DNA from: a virus
Lineage: Duplodnaviria > Caudoviricetes
Virus record (IMG/VR): IMGVR_UViG_3300033155_001357
Coordinates: 1 to 52,734 of that record
Strand: one strand, 5' to 3'
DNA length: 52,734 bases
In this document: positions 10,198 to 18,999 of the stretch, one piece after another
How the letters are laid out: each line of letters begins with the position of its first letter
Position numbering within the stretch: position 1 is the first letter of the stretch
Program-made: the position numbers and the translations under genes
The notes under the pieces: generated by a model
What the model saw: only the letters and a program-made list of their open reading frames with translations
Told to the model about the DNA's origin: nothing
Database searches by the model: none

Positions 10198-10749
10198 ATG
10201 AAGACGAAACGCTTCAAAACCTCTTACAGAAAGAACTCCAGCAAGCTGCACAGGCTGATCGGCGATACTTTGAAGGCCAGCAAGCTATTTTCGGGCTTCA
10301 AGATCTATCAAGAATATCCTGTAAACAGAGTGAATTCTGAATATGATGATGGCAGACATGCTTTTGATTGGGTTATACTAGATCTGTTTTTGGTTATTGA
10401 GTGTCATGGTGAGCAGCATTACAAACCTGTCACCTTTGGTGGTATCTCACAAGAAGAAGCAAACGAGCGTCTCATTTCTCAACGCTATAGGGATGAGATT
10501 AAGGCTCAAGCAGCTATCGATGCAGGCTTTACTTATATCGTGATTCCATATACTGACTATGGTAAAGTTGATGATGAATATATATGGCAACTGTACAAAG
10601 AATGCTTTAACCCTGACAAGATTCCAAAAGAGAAGAAAGCAGAGCCAACCGATTGGGAATTGGAGCAAAAAGAACGGGCCAGAGAGTATAGACAAGAACA
10701 ATATAGACGACAGAAAGAACACAAAAGGAGGCTGAAAGATGAGTTATAA
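10198..10749 (+). CDS. DUF559/Vsr-like PD-(D/E)XK endonuclease
   Basis: QEYP..FDW..IECHGEQHY..RDEIK..IVIPY. Confidence 0.75.
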   Translation: MKTKRFKTSYRKNSSKLHRLIGDTLKASKLFSGFKIYQEYPVNRVNSEYDDGRHAFDWVILDLFLVIECHGEQHYKPVTFGGISQEEANERLISQRYRDEIKAQAAIDAGFTYIVIPYTDYGKVDDEYIWQLYKECFNPDKIPKEKKAEPTDWELEQKERAREYRQEQYRRQKEHKRRLKDEL

Positions 10750-11383
10750 TCTATACAACATTGTTACTTTATTACCTAAGCATCCAACGCGTATTTGGAA
10801 GAAAAGAGGTAAGCCTACTAGAATTGTAGTGCATTGCACTGCTTCTTCTAACCAAAACCCTTACAAGACTGCACGTTATCACATTACTCCTGGTAACCAT
10901 TTGAGCAAAAAGGGCGCACCTGGGCTGGCATATCACGACTTCATTACCGACATAGGTGTGGTATACCACTGCAACTACTACGAAGATAGGTGTTGGCACG
11001 CTGGTGCTTACAACAAGTCTTCTATTGGTGTCACAATGGCCTTCAAGGGTCATCTAGGAGACTCACCAACAGCAGATCAAATGGACGCTCTCGAACAACA
11101 TCTGACGCGCCTCTGTCTTTACTATCGCATTCTTCCTAAGAACATCATTGGACATCGTGAGGTACCTGGTATGTGGAGTATCTTGGGTAATGGATCAAGG
11201 AAGTACAAGAAGACCTGTCCTGGTATGGCAGTGAACCTAGAACGTCTACGTAATGAGCTGACTAAACGTATGCAAAGGAAGCTAGCAGCTGAAGGTCTCT
11301 ATACTGGAGGCATTGATGGCCTGTTTGGCAAGAAAAGTAAAAAGGCACTGAACGCATATACATCAGAGTGTCTCTACGAGTAG
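10739..11383 (+). CDS. N-acetylmuramoyl-L-alanine amidase (Amidase_2) endolysin with C-terminal peptidoglycan-binding motif
   Basis: IVVHCTA, AYH, WHAGAYN..SIG, IIGHRE, KTCPG; QRKL..GLY.GGIDGLFG. Confidence 0.9.
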   Translation: MSYNLYNIVTLLPKHPTRIWKKRGKPTRIVVHCTASSNQNPYKTARYHITPGNHLSKKGAPGLAYHDFITDIGVVYHCNYYEDRCWHAGAYNKSSIGVTMAFKGHLGDSPTADQMDALEQHLTRLCLYYRILPKNIIGHREVPGMWSILGNGSRKYKKTCPGMAVNLERLRNELTKRMQRKLAAEGLYTGGIDGLFGKKSKKALNAYTSECLYE

Positions 11384-11387
11384 GAAT

Positions 11388-11993
11388 ATGTCATATAAAA
11401 AGGTAGTATGGTCTCCTGTTGAGATCGAATATTTAAGAAAAAACAGTGGACAGCCTGTGAATCAGTTGTGTGTCGCTCTAGCAAAGAGTAGATACGCCAT
11501 TAAGAATAAACAAATAGAACTCAAAACAGGGACAGCACCCAAACCTAAAAAGAAAGGAGCAAGAAGCAAGATTGGCAAGCGCCCTGACTGTAACAACCTC
11601 TTCTTCCGTTCTGGATGGGAAGCTAACGTCTTTCGTCTACTGCGCCTCGACAAATCCATTACCCTTATCGAGTATGAACCTACTGATTTTACCTATTGGC
11701 AGTTTGGTATCAAAAAAGGTACTGTCAGTTACACACCTGACTTCAAGATTAGTTATGCAGATGGATCATATGTCTGGATTGAAGTCAAAGGCGGCTGGAT
11801 GAAGCCTAACGATAAGACTAAGCTACGTCGTTTCAAAAAGTTCTATCCAAAAGAGTTTGAAAGGCTCGTCGGTGTTACTCCTGGAGAAGCATCAAAGACG
11901 GCAGTATTTTTTAAGGAGCTTGGGATCCCGATCAAATGGTATTATCCAGATCTAAACAAACAATACAAGAAGAGTGTACCGGGCTGGGAGTAA
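11388..11993 (+). CDS. PD-(D/E)XK endonuclease (DUF1064/T7 endo I-like) with N-terminal helical domain
   Basis: FRSGWEAN, EYEP, YTPDF, IEVKG. Confidence 0.75.
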   Translation: MSYKKVVWSPVEIEYLRKNSGQPVNQLCVALAKSRYAIKNKQIELKTGTAPKPKKKGARSKIGKRPDCNNLFFRSGWEANVFRLLRLDKSITLIEYEPTDFTYWQFGIKKGTVSYTPDFKISYADGSYVWIEVKGGWMKPNDKTKLRRFKKFYPKEFERLVGVTPGEASKTAVFFKELGIPIKWYYPDLNKQYKKSVPGWE

Positions 11994-12544
11994 GTTTCCA
12001 ACAAACCGTACAACTTCTCTTGGACCTAAGCAAAGGTCGTATTGCACCCTTCGCGGGTAAGTGGTTCTATTCTCTTTTTCTAACTCAAACCCATGTCCCT
12101 ACTACCATTGAAGGAGTCCGTGATAAGTTAAGGGCTGCTTGGTGGGTAGAAGAAAAAGACGTAAAGCAAGAACTCCTGATGTGTGTGTGGAGATTGGGTC
12201 TTACGTCTAAGTCTGATCTAAAGTACACTCTTGGGCGTAACATCAAGGATTGGTTGATAAAACAGCGAGTGTTCTCTAGACAATCTGGTTGGGAAAGAGA
12301 GTACTTAGAAGAGCAAAAAGAGTATGTTGAATTACAAAGAAAAGTAGGCTTGCCCATGGTGTTTCAAGCTAACCCTCTAGACATATGTCCCTTTTCGTTA
12401 TTTAATAGATATCTGATGTACTTGTCGTATATACTCAAGCTACCACGTCCTGAGATTAAGCGTGTAATGCTATCTCATGAACGTCAAATTAACAGATTTC
12501 AAACTGTTCTTAAGGAACAAATGGAGGAATGTAATGGCCGCTGA
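11936..12544 (+). CDS. Hypothetical protein, weak sigma-factor-like layout
   Basis: DVKQELLMCVW and RYLMYLSY..L.RPEIKR resemble sigma regions 2 and 4; start uncertain. Confidence 0.35.
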   Translation: MVLSRSKQTIQEECTGLGVSFQQTVQLLLDLSKGRIAPFAGKWFYSLFLTQTHVPTTIEGVRDKLRAAWWVEEKDVKQELLMCVWRLGLTSKSDLKYTLGRNIKDWLIKQRVFSRQSGWEREYLEEQKEYVELQRKVGLPMVFQANPLDICPFSLFNRYLMYLSYILKLPRPEIKRVMLSHERQINRFQTVLKEQMEECNGR

Positions 12545-12980
12545 ACTACAGTCACAAGCTGACATCGTCAAAGAGTTTACTATGCGACAGGAAAAGGGAG
12601 ATGAGGTGGTAGAACCTGTTAGACTCCCTGGTCTTGCAGATCACTTCTGGAAGGCACCAGACGCTGCGCTTATTGTCTCGGATAATGTGCGTGTTCCTGG
12701 CTTGAAGGAGCTTGCGGTTAAGTCACGCAAGGAGATCGCAGAGACTCTTACATGGGTACTTGATTACAAGCCTGGAGTGGTAGGTTTCAGCTGGACTGTA
12801 ACCAGCCCTGACATGCAAATTCGTTATGTAGAAGGATTTGAGCAAAGAGCGGTAGAGTCTGAGGCTGACAGAGAGAGAGTTTCTAAGCTTTTCACTCTTA
12901 TCCTACAAGTGAGGCGTGAAATCACTGCTATCAAGTGGGATTTCGGTGCTCCATTTATTGAGATTAGTCACATCGTCTAA
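12534..12980 (+). CDS. Hypothetical protein
   Basis: GGAGG RBS before MAAELQ. Confidence 0.6.
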   Translation: MAAELQSQADIVKEFTMRQEKGDEVVEPVRLPGLADHFWKAPDAALIVSDNVRVPGLKELAVKSRKEIAETLTWVLDYKPGVVGFSWTVTSPDMQIRYVEGFEQRAVESEADRERVSKLFTLILQVRREITAIKWDFGAPFIEISHIV

Positions 12981-13363
12981 TGCTACTTTCTGCCCCTATC
13001 AGCGTAGGAGAGTTGTTTGATAAGCTCTCTATCCTATACGTTAAGGCTGCACAGATCAAAGATCCTCTAAAGAGTGCTAATATCGCTCGTGAGAGGAAGT
13101 GTCTGCAAGATCTCTTTAGCGAATACACTTGGGATGAGGATGTATTAGTCTGGTTTGTTCAACTGCAAAGTGTGAACAGAACCTTATGGCTAATTGAGGA
13201 TCAGATTAGAATCTGTGAGAGGCGGGGGGATTTTGGGGCTACGTTTGTCGATCTTGCCAGGCAAGTATATCAACAAAATGATAAGCGAGCTGAGCTTAAG
13301 TATCAGATCAATATAGCAACAAACTCTGAGTTAGTAGAAGAGAAAAGTTATACGAAGTACTAG
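12980..13363 (+). CDS. DUF6165-family protein
   Basis: PISVGELFDKLSIL..VNRTLW.IED.IR..E..F..LAR.VY..ND.R..LK..IN..EEKSY. Confidence 0.8.
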   Translation: MLLSAPISVGELFDKLSILYVKAAQIKDPLKSANIARERKCLQDLFSEYTWDEDVLVWFVQLQSVNRTLWLIEDQIRICERRGDFGATFVDLARQVYQQNDKRAELKYQINIATNSELVEEKSYTKY

Positions 13364-13851
13364 TCTGTTTCAGTTAGTTGCTTTGCTTTCAGTTCAGCAA
13401 CCTGCTCATCTGTAGTACCAGGTGGTAGCTCTCCAGGTAAGACCTGTTGGTCATGAATTTCCTTCAACTCTTCTTGATTGACTAGATCCTTTAACTCTAG
13501 TGCTTTCACTAGTGTCTTCAGATTAGTGCGTAGAGCAAAGGTATTCACCTCTCCCTGTGCAACTGAGTGCACAATTCTGTACATATCATGAACCATCGCT
13601 GAAATCATGTAATCAGAATGTAGGCAGTACTCATGTAGTGCGCGGAATCCCTTTATTACATCCTTCTTGGATAGCTTCGCCCCTTCAGCAGCTGTGAGAA
13701 GCTGTGCGAGCATCTTTAAAGCGTCCTGCCTTGCCTTGCGAGTTACATCAAATTTGTCCGCAGGATCCTCAACAGACTGCGTCTGGGGCTCTTGTGTATT
13801 CACATCACGGACGGGTAGTCCACCGAGATCGAGATTACTATTTTCTGACAT
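13360..13851 (-). CDS. Hypothetical protein
   Basis: Last gene of the long - strand block, convergent with the + block. Confidence 0.6.
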   Translation of the reverse strand: MSENSNLDLGGLPVRDVNTQEPQTQSVEDPADKFDVTRKARQDALKMLAQLLTAAEGAKLSKKDVIKGFRALHEYCLHSDYMISAMVHDMYRIVHSVAQGEVNTFALRTNLKTLVKALELKDLVNQEELKEIHDQQVLPGELPPGTTDEQVAELKAKQLTETD

Positions 13852-13880
13852 TTGTTTTTCCTATAGGGTAATTGGGGTGG

Positions 13881-14111
13881 TTAAAGTACTTCTGCTGGCT
13901 CTGCTTCTGTGACATCCCAGTCTTCAACTGGTTCGATGTCATCATTATCTATCATACCTATGATTCCATACTGTATGATTTCTTTGACTATCTCTTGAGC
14001 ATCATCTACTGACTCAGCTCTAACAGTCAACTCTACTACAACCTTATACCTGTCTTCTAGGCAGTCTGGATGTACGAGACCTACGTTTGGATCATCTAAG
14101 AGTAGTTTCAT
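13881..14111 (-). CDS. Hypothetical acidic protein
   Basis: ORF track; ATGA overlap. Confidence 0.55.
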   Translation of the reverse strand: MKLLLDDPNVGLVHPDCLEDRYKVVVELTVRAESVDDAQEIVKEIIQYGIIGMIDNDDIEPVEDWDVTEAEPAEVL

Positions 14112-14551
14112 TGGAACTTCTTTTCCTCTTTTTCCATATGTTTAACAAGTGATTGCTGAACTGATGCCAAAATATGACTATGAGCAATTTGCATATTTAA
14201 TCTCCATAGTTCTATGGCATGACGATGTCTTTTTTCAGTGCGTGCTGTCATTGAAGGTGTCTTATGCTTTGGATGCTTCAATGGACGTTTTGCCCACTCA
14301 GCTTTCTTTAATTCACTTTGCACAAAAGTAAACTCTTGTTGTACTTTGTCGCGTTTTTGAAATCTTTGGTGTTCAGGTGCTGTGTGTATTCTGATTGTAC
14401 CCAGTTGTTTAGGGGGATTGATAATCTTCAGTCTTTTCCCACATTCTTTGCACTCTACCACACCTCGATAGCTTTTGCCCTCTCCTTCCTCTTGAACAAG
14501 TTTTCCCATTGCCTTACATTTAAAGCAAATTACGTGGTCACCAACTGCCAT
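14108..14551 (-). CDS. Zinc-finger protein, paralog of 14551-14796
   Basis: MAVGDHVICFKC..ECKECG..QQEFTFVQSELK. Confidence 0.65.
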   Translation of the reverse strand: MAVGDHVICFKCKAMGKLVQEEGEGKSYRGVVECKECGKRLKIINPPKQLGTIRIHTAPEHQRFQKRDKVQQEFTFVQSELKKAEWAKRPLKHPKHKTPSMTARTEKRHRHAIELWRLNMQIAHSHILASVQQSLVKHMEKEEKKFQ

Positions 14552-14796
14552 TATTCTTTTCCTGGATGTTTGACTTCGTTTTGTACAAAATCAAACTCTT
14601 GTTGTCCCTCTTTATTAGGCTTAGGGTACTCAATAGTCAGTGTATCTACTCTTTGAGGTTTTGTAGGTGTCATCATTGAGCCACAATCTTCACATTCAAT
14701 GATATAAGAGTTGGGTATAGGCCACTTCTCATTCTCTTCTTTGATAACACCTATTTCTGCACATACAGGACATATTACTAGATCTCCTACCGCCAA
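14551..14796 (-). CDS. Zinc-finger protein, paralog of 14108-14551
   Basis: MAVGDLVICPVC..ECEDCG..QQEFDFVQNEVK. Confidence 0.65.
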   Translation of the reverse strand: MAVGDLVICPVCAEIGVIKEENEKWPIPNSYIIECEDCGSMMTPTKPQRVDTLTIEYPKPNKEGQQEFDFVQNEVKHPGKE

Positions 14797-15164
14797 GGTT
14801 TCTCACTCTCCACAAATTTGAATTCAATTTGACCAACACTCTCTTCGCTTCCCATGTATCCAGATGTAACCTGCATTTTGAGTTGCATATATGATAGTTC
14901 AAATGTTGGTTGAATTGTCATTTCTATATGAATTGCACTTGGATCAGCAGGGTCTTTGACTACCTCTACATCTCCACCAGCTTTGATAACACCTGATGCT
15001 GCTGTTTGATACAATACACTTTCAACAGACTGTTTCAGAGATGCAAGCGCTGATGGACTGATTGGCAAACCAATAAAGTTGTCACAACTATCCTTCAAAG
15101 ACTTCTGCAAAAAGTCTAGCTGTTTTTGAACGTTCGCATTTTTGTAATTCGATGGTTGCGACAA
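14787..15164 (-). CDS. Hypothetical protein resembling a tail-sheath C-terminal domain
   Basis: FIG.P..SLKQSVES.L..G.I..DPSAIHIEMTIQPTFELSYMQL. Confidence 0.4.
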   Translation of the reverse strand: MSQPSNYKNANVQKQLDFLQKSLKDSCDNFIGLPISPSALASLKQSVESVLYQTAASGVIKAGGDVEVVKDPADPSAIHIEMTIQPTFELSYMQLKMQVTSGYMGSEESVGQIEFKFVESEKPWR

Positions 15165-15942
15165 TGTGTGACTCCTTTACCTTTCTATCATGCATCATCT
15201 TGTGTAAACCAGTCTTTTCTTTCGCTATCTTTTCATCTCTTTGATTTAAGTCTCCCATAAGTACTATTTTACTACCTTCACCTACTCTAGTACCAATGGT
15301 GAGTATCTCCATTTGGTCACATACTTGCATTTCATCTGCTATCACCAAACTATTCTTGAATGATGCTCCACGAACTAGCTGGAGAGGCACTATTTCAAAG
15401 CGATTCTGGTCCAACAAGTCCTTGATGTAGTGTTTGTTACCAACAAACTGCTCTAGGTTAGTCAGGTAGTTAAGAAGGTAAGGCTGGAACTTGTCTGTTA
15501 CATCGCCAGGTAGTGCTCCAAGAGAGTACTTACCCACATGTGACATAGGTCTTGTTAGAATTACCTTTTCATACCGATCCTGGCGTACTTTCTCTAGTGC
15601 AGCAGCAAGAGTAAGTATAGTCTTACCTGTGCCTGCAGTACCAGTGAGTACGACAGCCGTGATTTCATCGTTTAGTAGAGCATCAAAAGCAAACACTTGC
15701 TCTCTATTGCGTGGTTCTATGCTTGACACCTTTTGAGAGGCAATCAGATGTAACGTACCATCGCGACCTACTCTAGCTAGTGCAGTATTTTTGATATCTG
15801 CCTGACTACGTAGTTCTAGATACATATTAGGATAGAGAGAATGTCTTTTATCCCATGGTTCTGCTTCTTTCTTAGCATACAGTGCGGTGATAATTTCAGG
15901 TGGTACAGTAAATGTGCGGAATCCGGTAAAACGTTCACTCAA
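15088..15942 (-). CDS. phoH: PhoH-family ATPase
   Basis: PRNREQ, GTAGTGKT, GALPG, RGASF, DEMQ, TRVGEGSK, GDLNQRD, ERS. Confidence 0.93.
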   Translation of the reverse strand: MSERFTGFRTFTVPPEIITALYAKKEAEPWDKRHSLYPNMYLELRSQADIKNTALARVGRDGTLHLIASQKVSSIEPRNREQVFAFDALLNDEITAVVLTGTAGTGKTILTLAAALEKVRQDRYEKVILTRPMSHVGKYSLGALPGDVTDKFQPYLLNYLTNLEQFVGNKHYIKDLLDQNRFEIVPLQLVRGASFKNSLVIADEMQVCDQMEILTIGTRVGEGSKIVLMGDLNQRDEKIAKEKTGLHKMMHDRKVKESHIVATIELQKCERSKTARLFAEVFEG

Positions 15943-15954
15943 GGTGATTCCTCC

Positions 15955-16983
15955 TTATAAACCATGTGGTGTACTCTCACGGTAGCCAGCATATGTTTGT
16001 CTCTGAAAGATAGCGTTCTCTTGAAACTCTCTAATAGATCGTGCATTGAGGTAGGTCATAGAAGAACAGAGACGGGCGATTAGGTTGTCAAAGATCTTCT
16101 TAATAGGACCTCTGTATGGGACCTTTTTAGACTCCCCTTCGACAGAATAGGCTGTGCCTTTCCAATCTTCTTGTGCATCTCGTGATGCCATACCTCTATA
16201 GGTCTTATACATAGTGCCATTAGCATCTGCTCTGATATCTCCTGGTGCTTCATCTGTACCTGCAAATAAACCACCGATCATGACAGCTTGTGCACCAGCA
16301 GCTAGTGCTTTAGCTATGTCTCCAGAGCTGCGTATGCCACCATCAGCGATAATAGTTGTACCTTTTTGAGCATAATCACAACACTCAGCTACATCCATAA
16401 TAGCAGAGAGTTGAGGTACACCACATCCTGTTTGAATACGTGTAGTACAGAGGCTGCCAGGCCCTACACCTACTTTAATACAGTTTACGCCTGCTTCAAT
16501 GAGGTCGGCTGCGCCTTCAGAAGTGGCCACATTACCAGCAATTACTGGTAGAGCTGGATATTGCTTTTTAGACCACTTGATCTGCTCAATTACACCCTTA
16601 CAGTGACCATGTGCTACATCGATTAGGACTGCTGCAGGTGCGAGATCCATTGTTTCATCGAGTCGCCATTGTCCTTGCTTACCAAGTCCAATACAGACCA
16701 CTGTTGGTTTAGCTCCAGCATATCGTAAAACAATATGTTGTTGTTCTCTCTCCATGAAGCGATGAACAATACCAAGCCCGCCTAATTCCATCATGGTCAT
16801 GGCCATTTCTCTGTGTGTTACAGTATCCATGTTGGCAGAAATGATAGGGTATTGTAATTCTATACCTGGTACTAACTGTGTAGATAGATCAATGCTTTGA
16901 TCTCTACGTGAAGGGATAGTAGATTTACGTGGGCGTAACAATACATCATCAAAAGTTAGGCCGGTCTCAGCAAGCACTTTCAT
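15955..16983 (-). CDS. guaB: IMP dehydrogenase/GMP reductase (no CBS domains)
   Basis: [50 protein letters not shown]. Confidence 0.9.
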   Translation of the reverse strand: MKVLAETGLTFDDVLLRPRKSTIPSRRDQSIDLSTQLVPGIELQYPIISANMDTVTHREMAMTMMELGGLGIVHRFMEREQQHIVLRYAGAKPTVVCIGLGKQGQWRLDETMDLAPAAVLIDVAHGHCKGVIEQIKWSKKQYPALPVIAGNVATSEGAADLIEAGVNCIKVGVGPGSLCTTRIQTGCGVPQLSAIMDVAECCDYAQKGTTIIADGGIRSSGDIAKALAAGAQAVMIGGLFAGTDEAPGDIRADANGTMYKTYRGMASRDAQEDWKGTAYSVEGESKKVPYRGPIKKIFDNLIARLCSSMTYLNARSIREFQENAIFQRQTYAGYRESTPHGL

Positions 16984-17450
16984 GTGCAGGGACTCCTTAC
17001 TATGACACCAGCTTCAGAAAACATTTGAAGAGCAGTTTGAAACTCTAGCCACCACGGCACTGGTGTACTACCATCTTTTAGATTGTCTACAGGCGCTTCG
17101 TAATTACATACTACACTTTCAATACCTGACTGGATAATAGCTCGGGCACATCTCATGCATGGTGCTGTTGTAACATAAAGAGTACAGCCTTTGGTTTGGA
17201 TACCTACACGGGCTGCATTATATATAGCATTTCGTTCTGCATGCTCAGTCCACAAATACTTGGCAGGACGTAAATGACGTTCGTCTATATTGTCATTGAC
17301 TAGACGAGGGAATCCATTATAACCCACTGAACGTACTTCACAGTCTGGTCCTACTAGCACTGCACCAACCTGAAAAGATCTATCTTTTGATCTCTTTGCT
17401 ATTAGTGCAGCCATATCCATAAACGTTTTATCCCATGTTGGTAGACTCAT
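16980..17450 (-). CDS. dCMP deaminase
   Basis: RSKD..QVGA, GYNG, HAERNA, PCMRC. Confidence 0.93.
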   Translation of the reverse strand: MSLPTWDKTFMDMAALIAKRSKDRSFQVGAVLVGPDCEVRSVGYNGFPRLVNDNIDERHLRPAKYLWTEHAERNAIYNAARVGIQTKGCTLYVTTAPCMRCARAIIQSGIESVVCNYEAPVDNLKDGSTPVPWWLEFQTALQMFSEAGVIVRSPCT

Positions 17451-18009
17451 TAATCACCTCTTCTGCCATTTTCATGTACTGCTTTTGTGCAAAAGCACGT
17501 GGTACTGCCCACAAATACATAGAGCCGCTGATCTTGTCTGCTCTACGTTCTGCACTAGATCTTACCCATGTTTGCATATATAGACTATTGTCCTGAGAGA
17601 GTGTATATCTATATTTAGTTCGATCAGCATCATATTCAAAGTAAAACCTACCGAGAGCAAAGAATACAGGGAAGAATAGAAGGCCGTATATGAGAGCTGC
17701 AACAGGTAGCCCTAACAGAGGGTGTATACCTGCTCCACAGTAGGTCAGTTGTTTGGTATGACGAGCTTCATGTGGAATAACAGACTGTACCTGCCAGCTA
17801 GTCCACTCCTTCGGAAAGAAGTGGTGATTAGCTAGCGCAGTTGCAGCTTTTACCATATATGTACTTCTCTTCAGTTGACCAAAGCTGATAACAAATAGGA
17901 TCCAAGAGATCACCTTAGATAACAAATTATCCTTGGTATGCAACTTGATTCTTTTGTCAAACTCTTGTGCGAACTTCTGTAGTTCTTCTTGGTTTTCTAC
18001 CCAGGACAT
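17428..18009 (-). CDS. Membrane protein with HExxH (zincin-like) motif
   Basis: HEARH followed by a TM segment and FEYDA. Confidence 0.5.
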   Translation of the reverse strand: MSWVENQEELQKFAQEFDKRIKLHTKDNLLSKVISWILFVISFGQLKRSTYMVKAATALANHHFFPKEWTSWQVQSVIPHEARHTKQLTYCGAGIHPLLGLPVAALIYGLLFFPVFFALGRFYFEYDADRTKYRYTLSQDNSLYMQTWVRSSAERRADKISGSMYLWAVPRAFAQKQYMKMAEEVINESTNMG

Positions 18010-18018
18010 ATTACCTCC

Positions 18019-18786
18019 TTAGATGTTAGAAAGTATCTCGCTGTTAGGCTTGATACGCTTGCGTTCTCTACTCCAACTGCCACAGTCGTTACACTTCCAA
18101 CGCTGGAATTTGGAGATGGTTGTGTAGGCGAAGCCTCTCTTAACCACATCTTCTGAACCACATTTTGGACAGACTCTGTCGTTAATGTACACACCATAAT
18201 TAGGCATACAATTAGCGAATGGCATCAGTGCATGGTAGATACTCTCAAGGAGACGTACATCTTGACTACAGTAAGAAACCATCTTCTTCCAGGCTGACTT
18301 CTTGCCTGCAAGACAGTCTTCCCATAGCTTGAATCCACCTGTGGACTCCTTTTTACCTAGATCTAGCATTTGACCCAAGTCAGTAAGCTTATTTGACATG
18401 AATGCAAAGTGCTTGCGAGCCACCATTAGTGTATCTACTACCTTATATGGTGAAGGTGGCTGAATGCCATGTGCGATGAATCTAGTATTGATTTTCTTGA
18501 TGTCAAAGCGAGATGCGTTATGACCAACAACAATGTCTGCCTCATCTAGCAGTGGCCATACAGCTTTCATAACCTCAAAGTCATTCGCTACGTCCTTCTC
18601 ATACAACTTGTGGTCTGGTAGTGCTGAACTGATGATCTTCTTATCGCCTACCCACTTGGCACACCAACACAGGATGTACCAATCTTCAGGCACCATGTCC
18701 ATTGTATATACCTTCTGCCATAGCCTCCAGATATATGCAGCGGCTGGGGCTGTTTCAATGTCTATCATTAAAATCTTTGGTTGCAT
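18019..18786 (-). CDS. DEDD/RNase H-like 3'-5' exonuclease with C-terminal zinc ribbon
   Basis: IDIET, GHNASRFD, DTL, YCSQDV; CPKCGS..CNDCG. Confidence 0.85.
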   Translation of the reverse strand: MQPKILMIDIETAPAAAYIWRLWQKVYTMDMVPEDWYILCWCAKWVGDKKIISSALPDHKLYEKDVANDFEVMKAVWPLLDEADIVVGHNASRFDIKKINTRFIAHGIQPPSPYKVVDTLMVARKHFAFMSNKLTDLGQMLDLGKKESTGGFKLWEDCLAGKKSAWKKMVSYCSQDVRLLESIYHALMPFANCMPNYGVYINDRVCPKCGSEDVVKRGFAYTTISKFQRWKCNDCGSWSRERKRIKPNSEILSNI

Positions 18787-18846
18787 TAATTTACTCCTTT
18801 AGATGGGTTACATGAGCACGAATGTTCTGTGGTTGTCTTGTGTAGC

Positions 18847-18999
18847 TCATGTTTTTAACAGTCTAATACGTCTCATAGCTGTATTGAATCGCCAACATGC
18901 ATAGAGAATCAGGGCCAACCCAAGGGTGATTGATCCAATCTTCCCCCAAACTAGGATAGCACCACCGACTACTAGCAGATGTTCAAGGATATGTCTCAT
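18847..18999 (-). CDS. Small membrane protein (50 aa)
   Basis: AGGAG RBS, ATGA overlap with dnaE stop; MRHILEHLLVVGGAILVWG... Confidence 0.45.
   Translation of the reverse strand: MRHILEHLLVVGGAILVWGKIGSITLGLALILYACWRFNTAMRRIRLLKT

Noticed and set aside
10053-10340. 95-aa + strand ORF overlapping two genes
   Set aside because: Overlaps both neighbours substantially with no clear start; a short real gene in 10109-10197 cannot be excluded.
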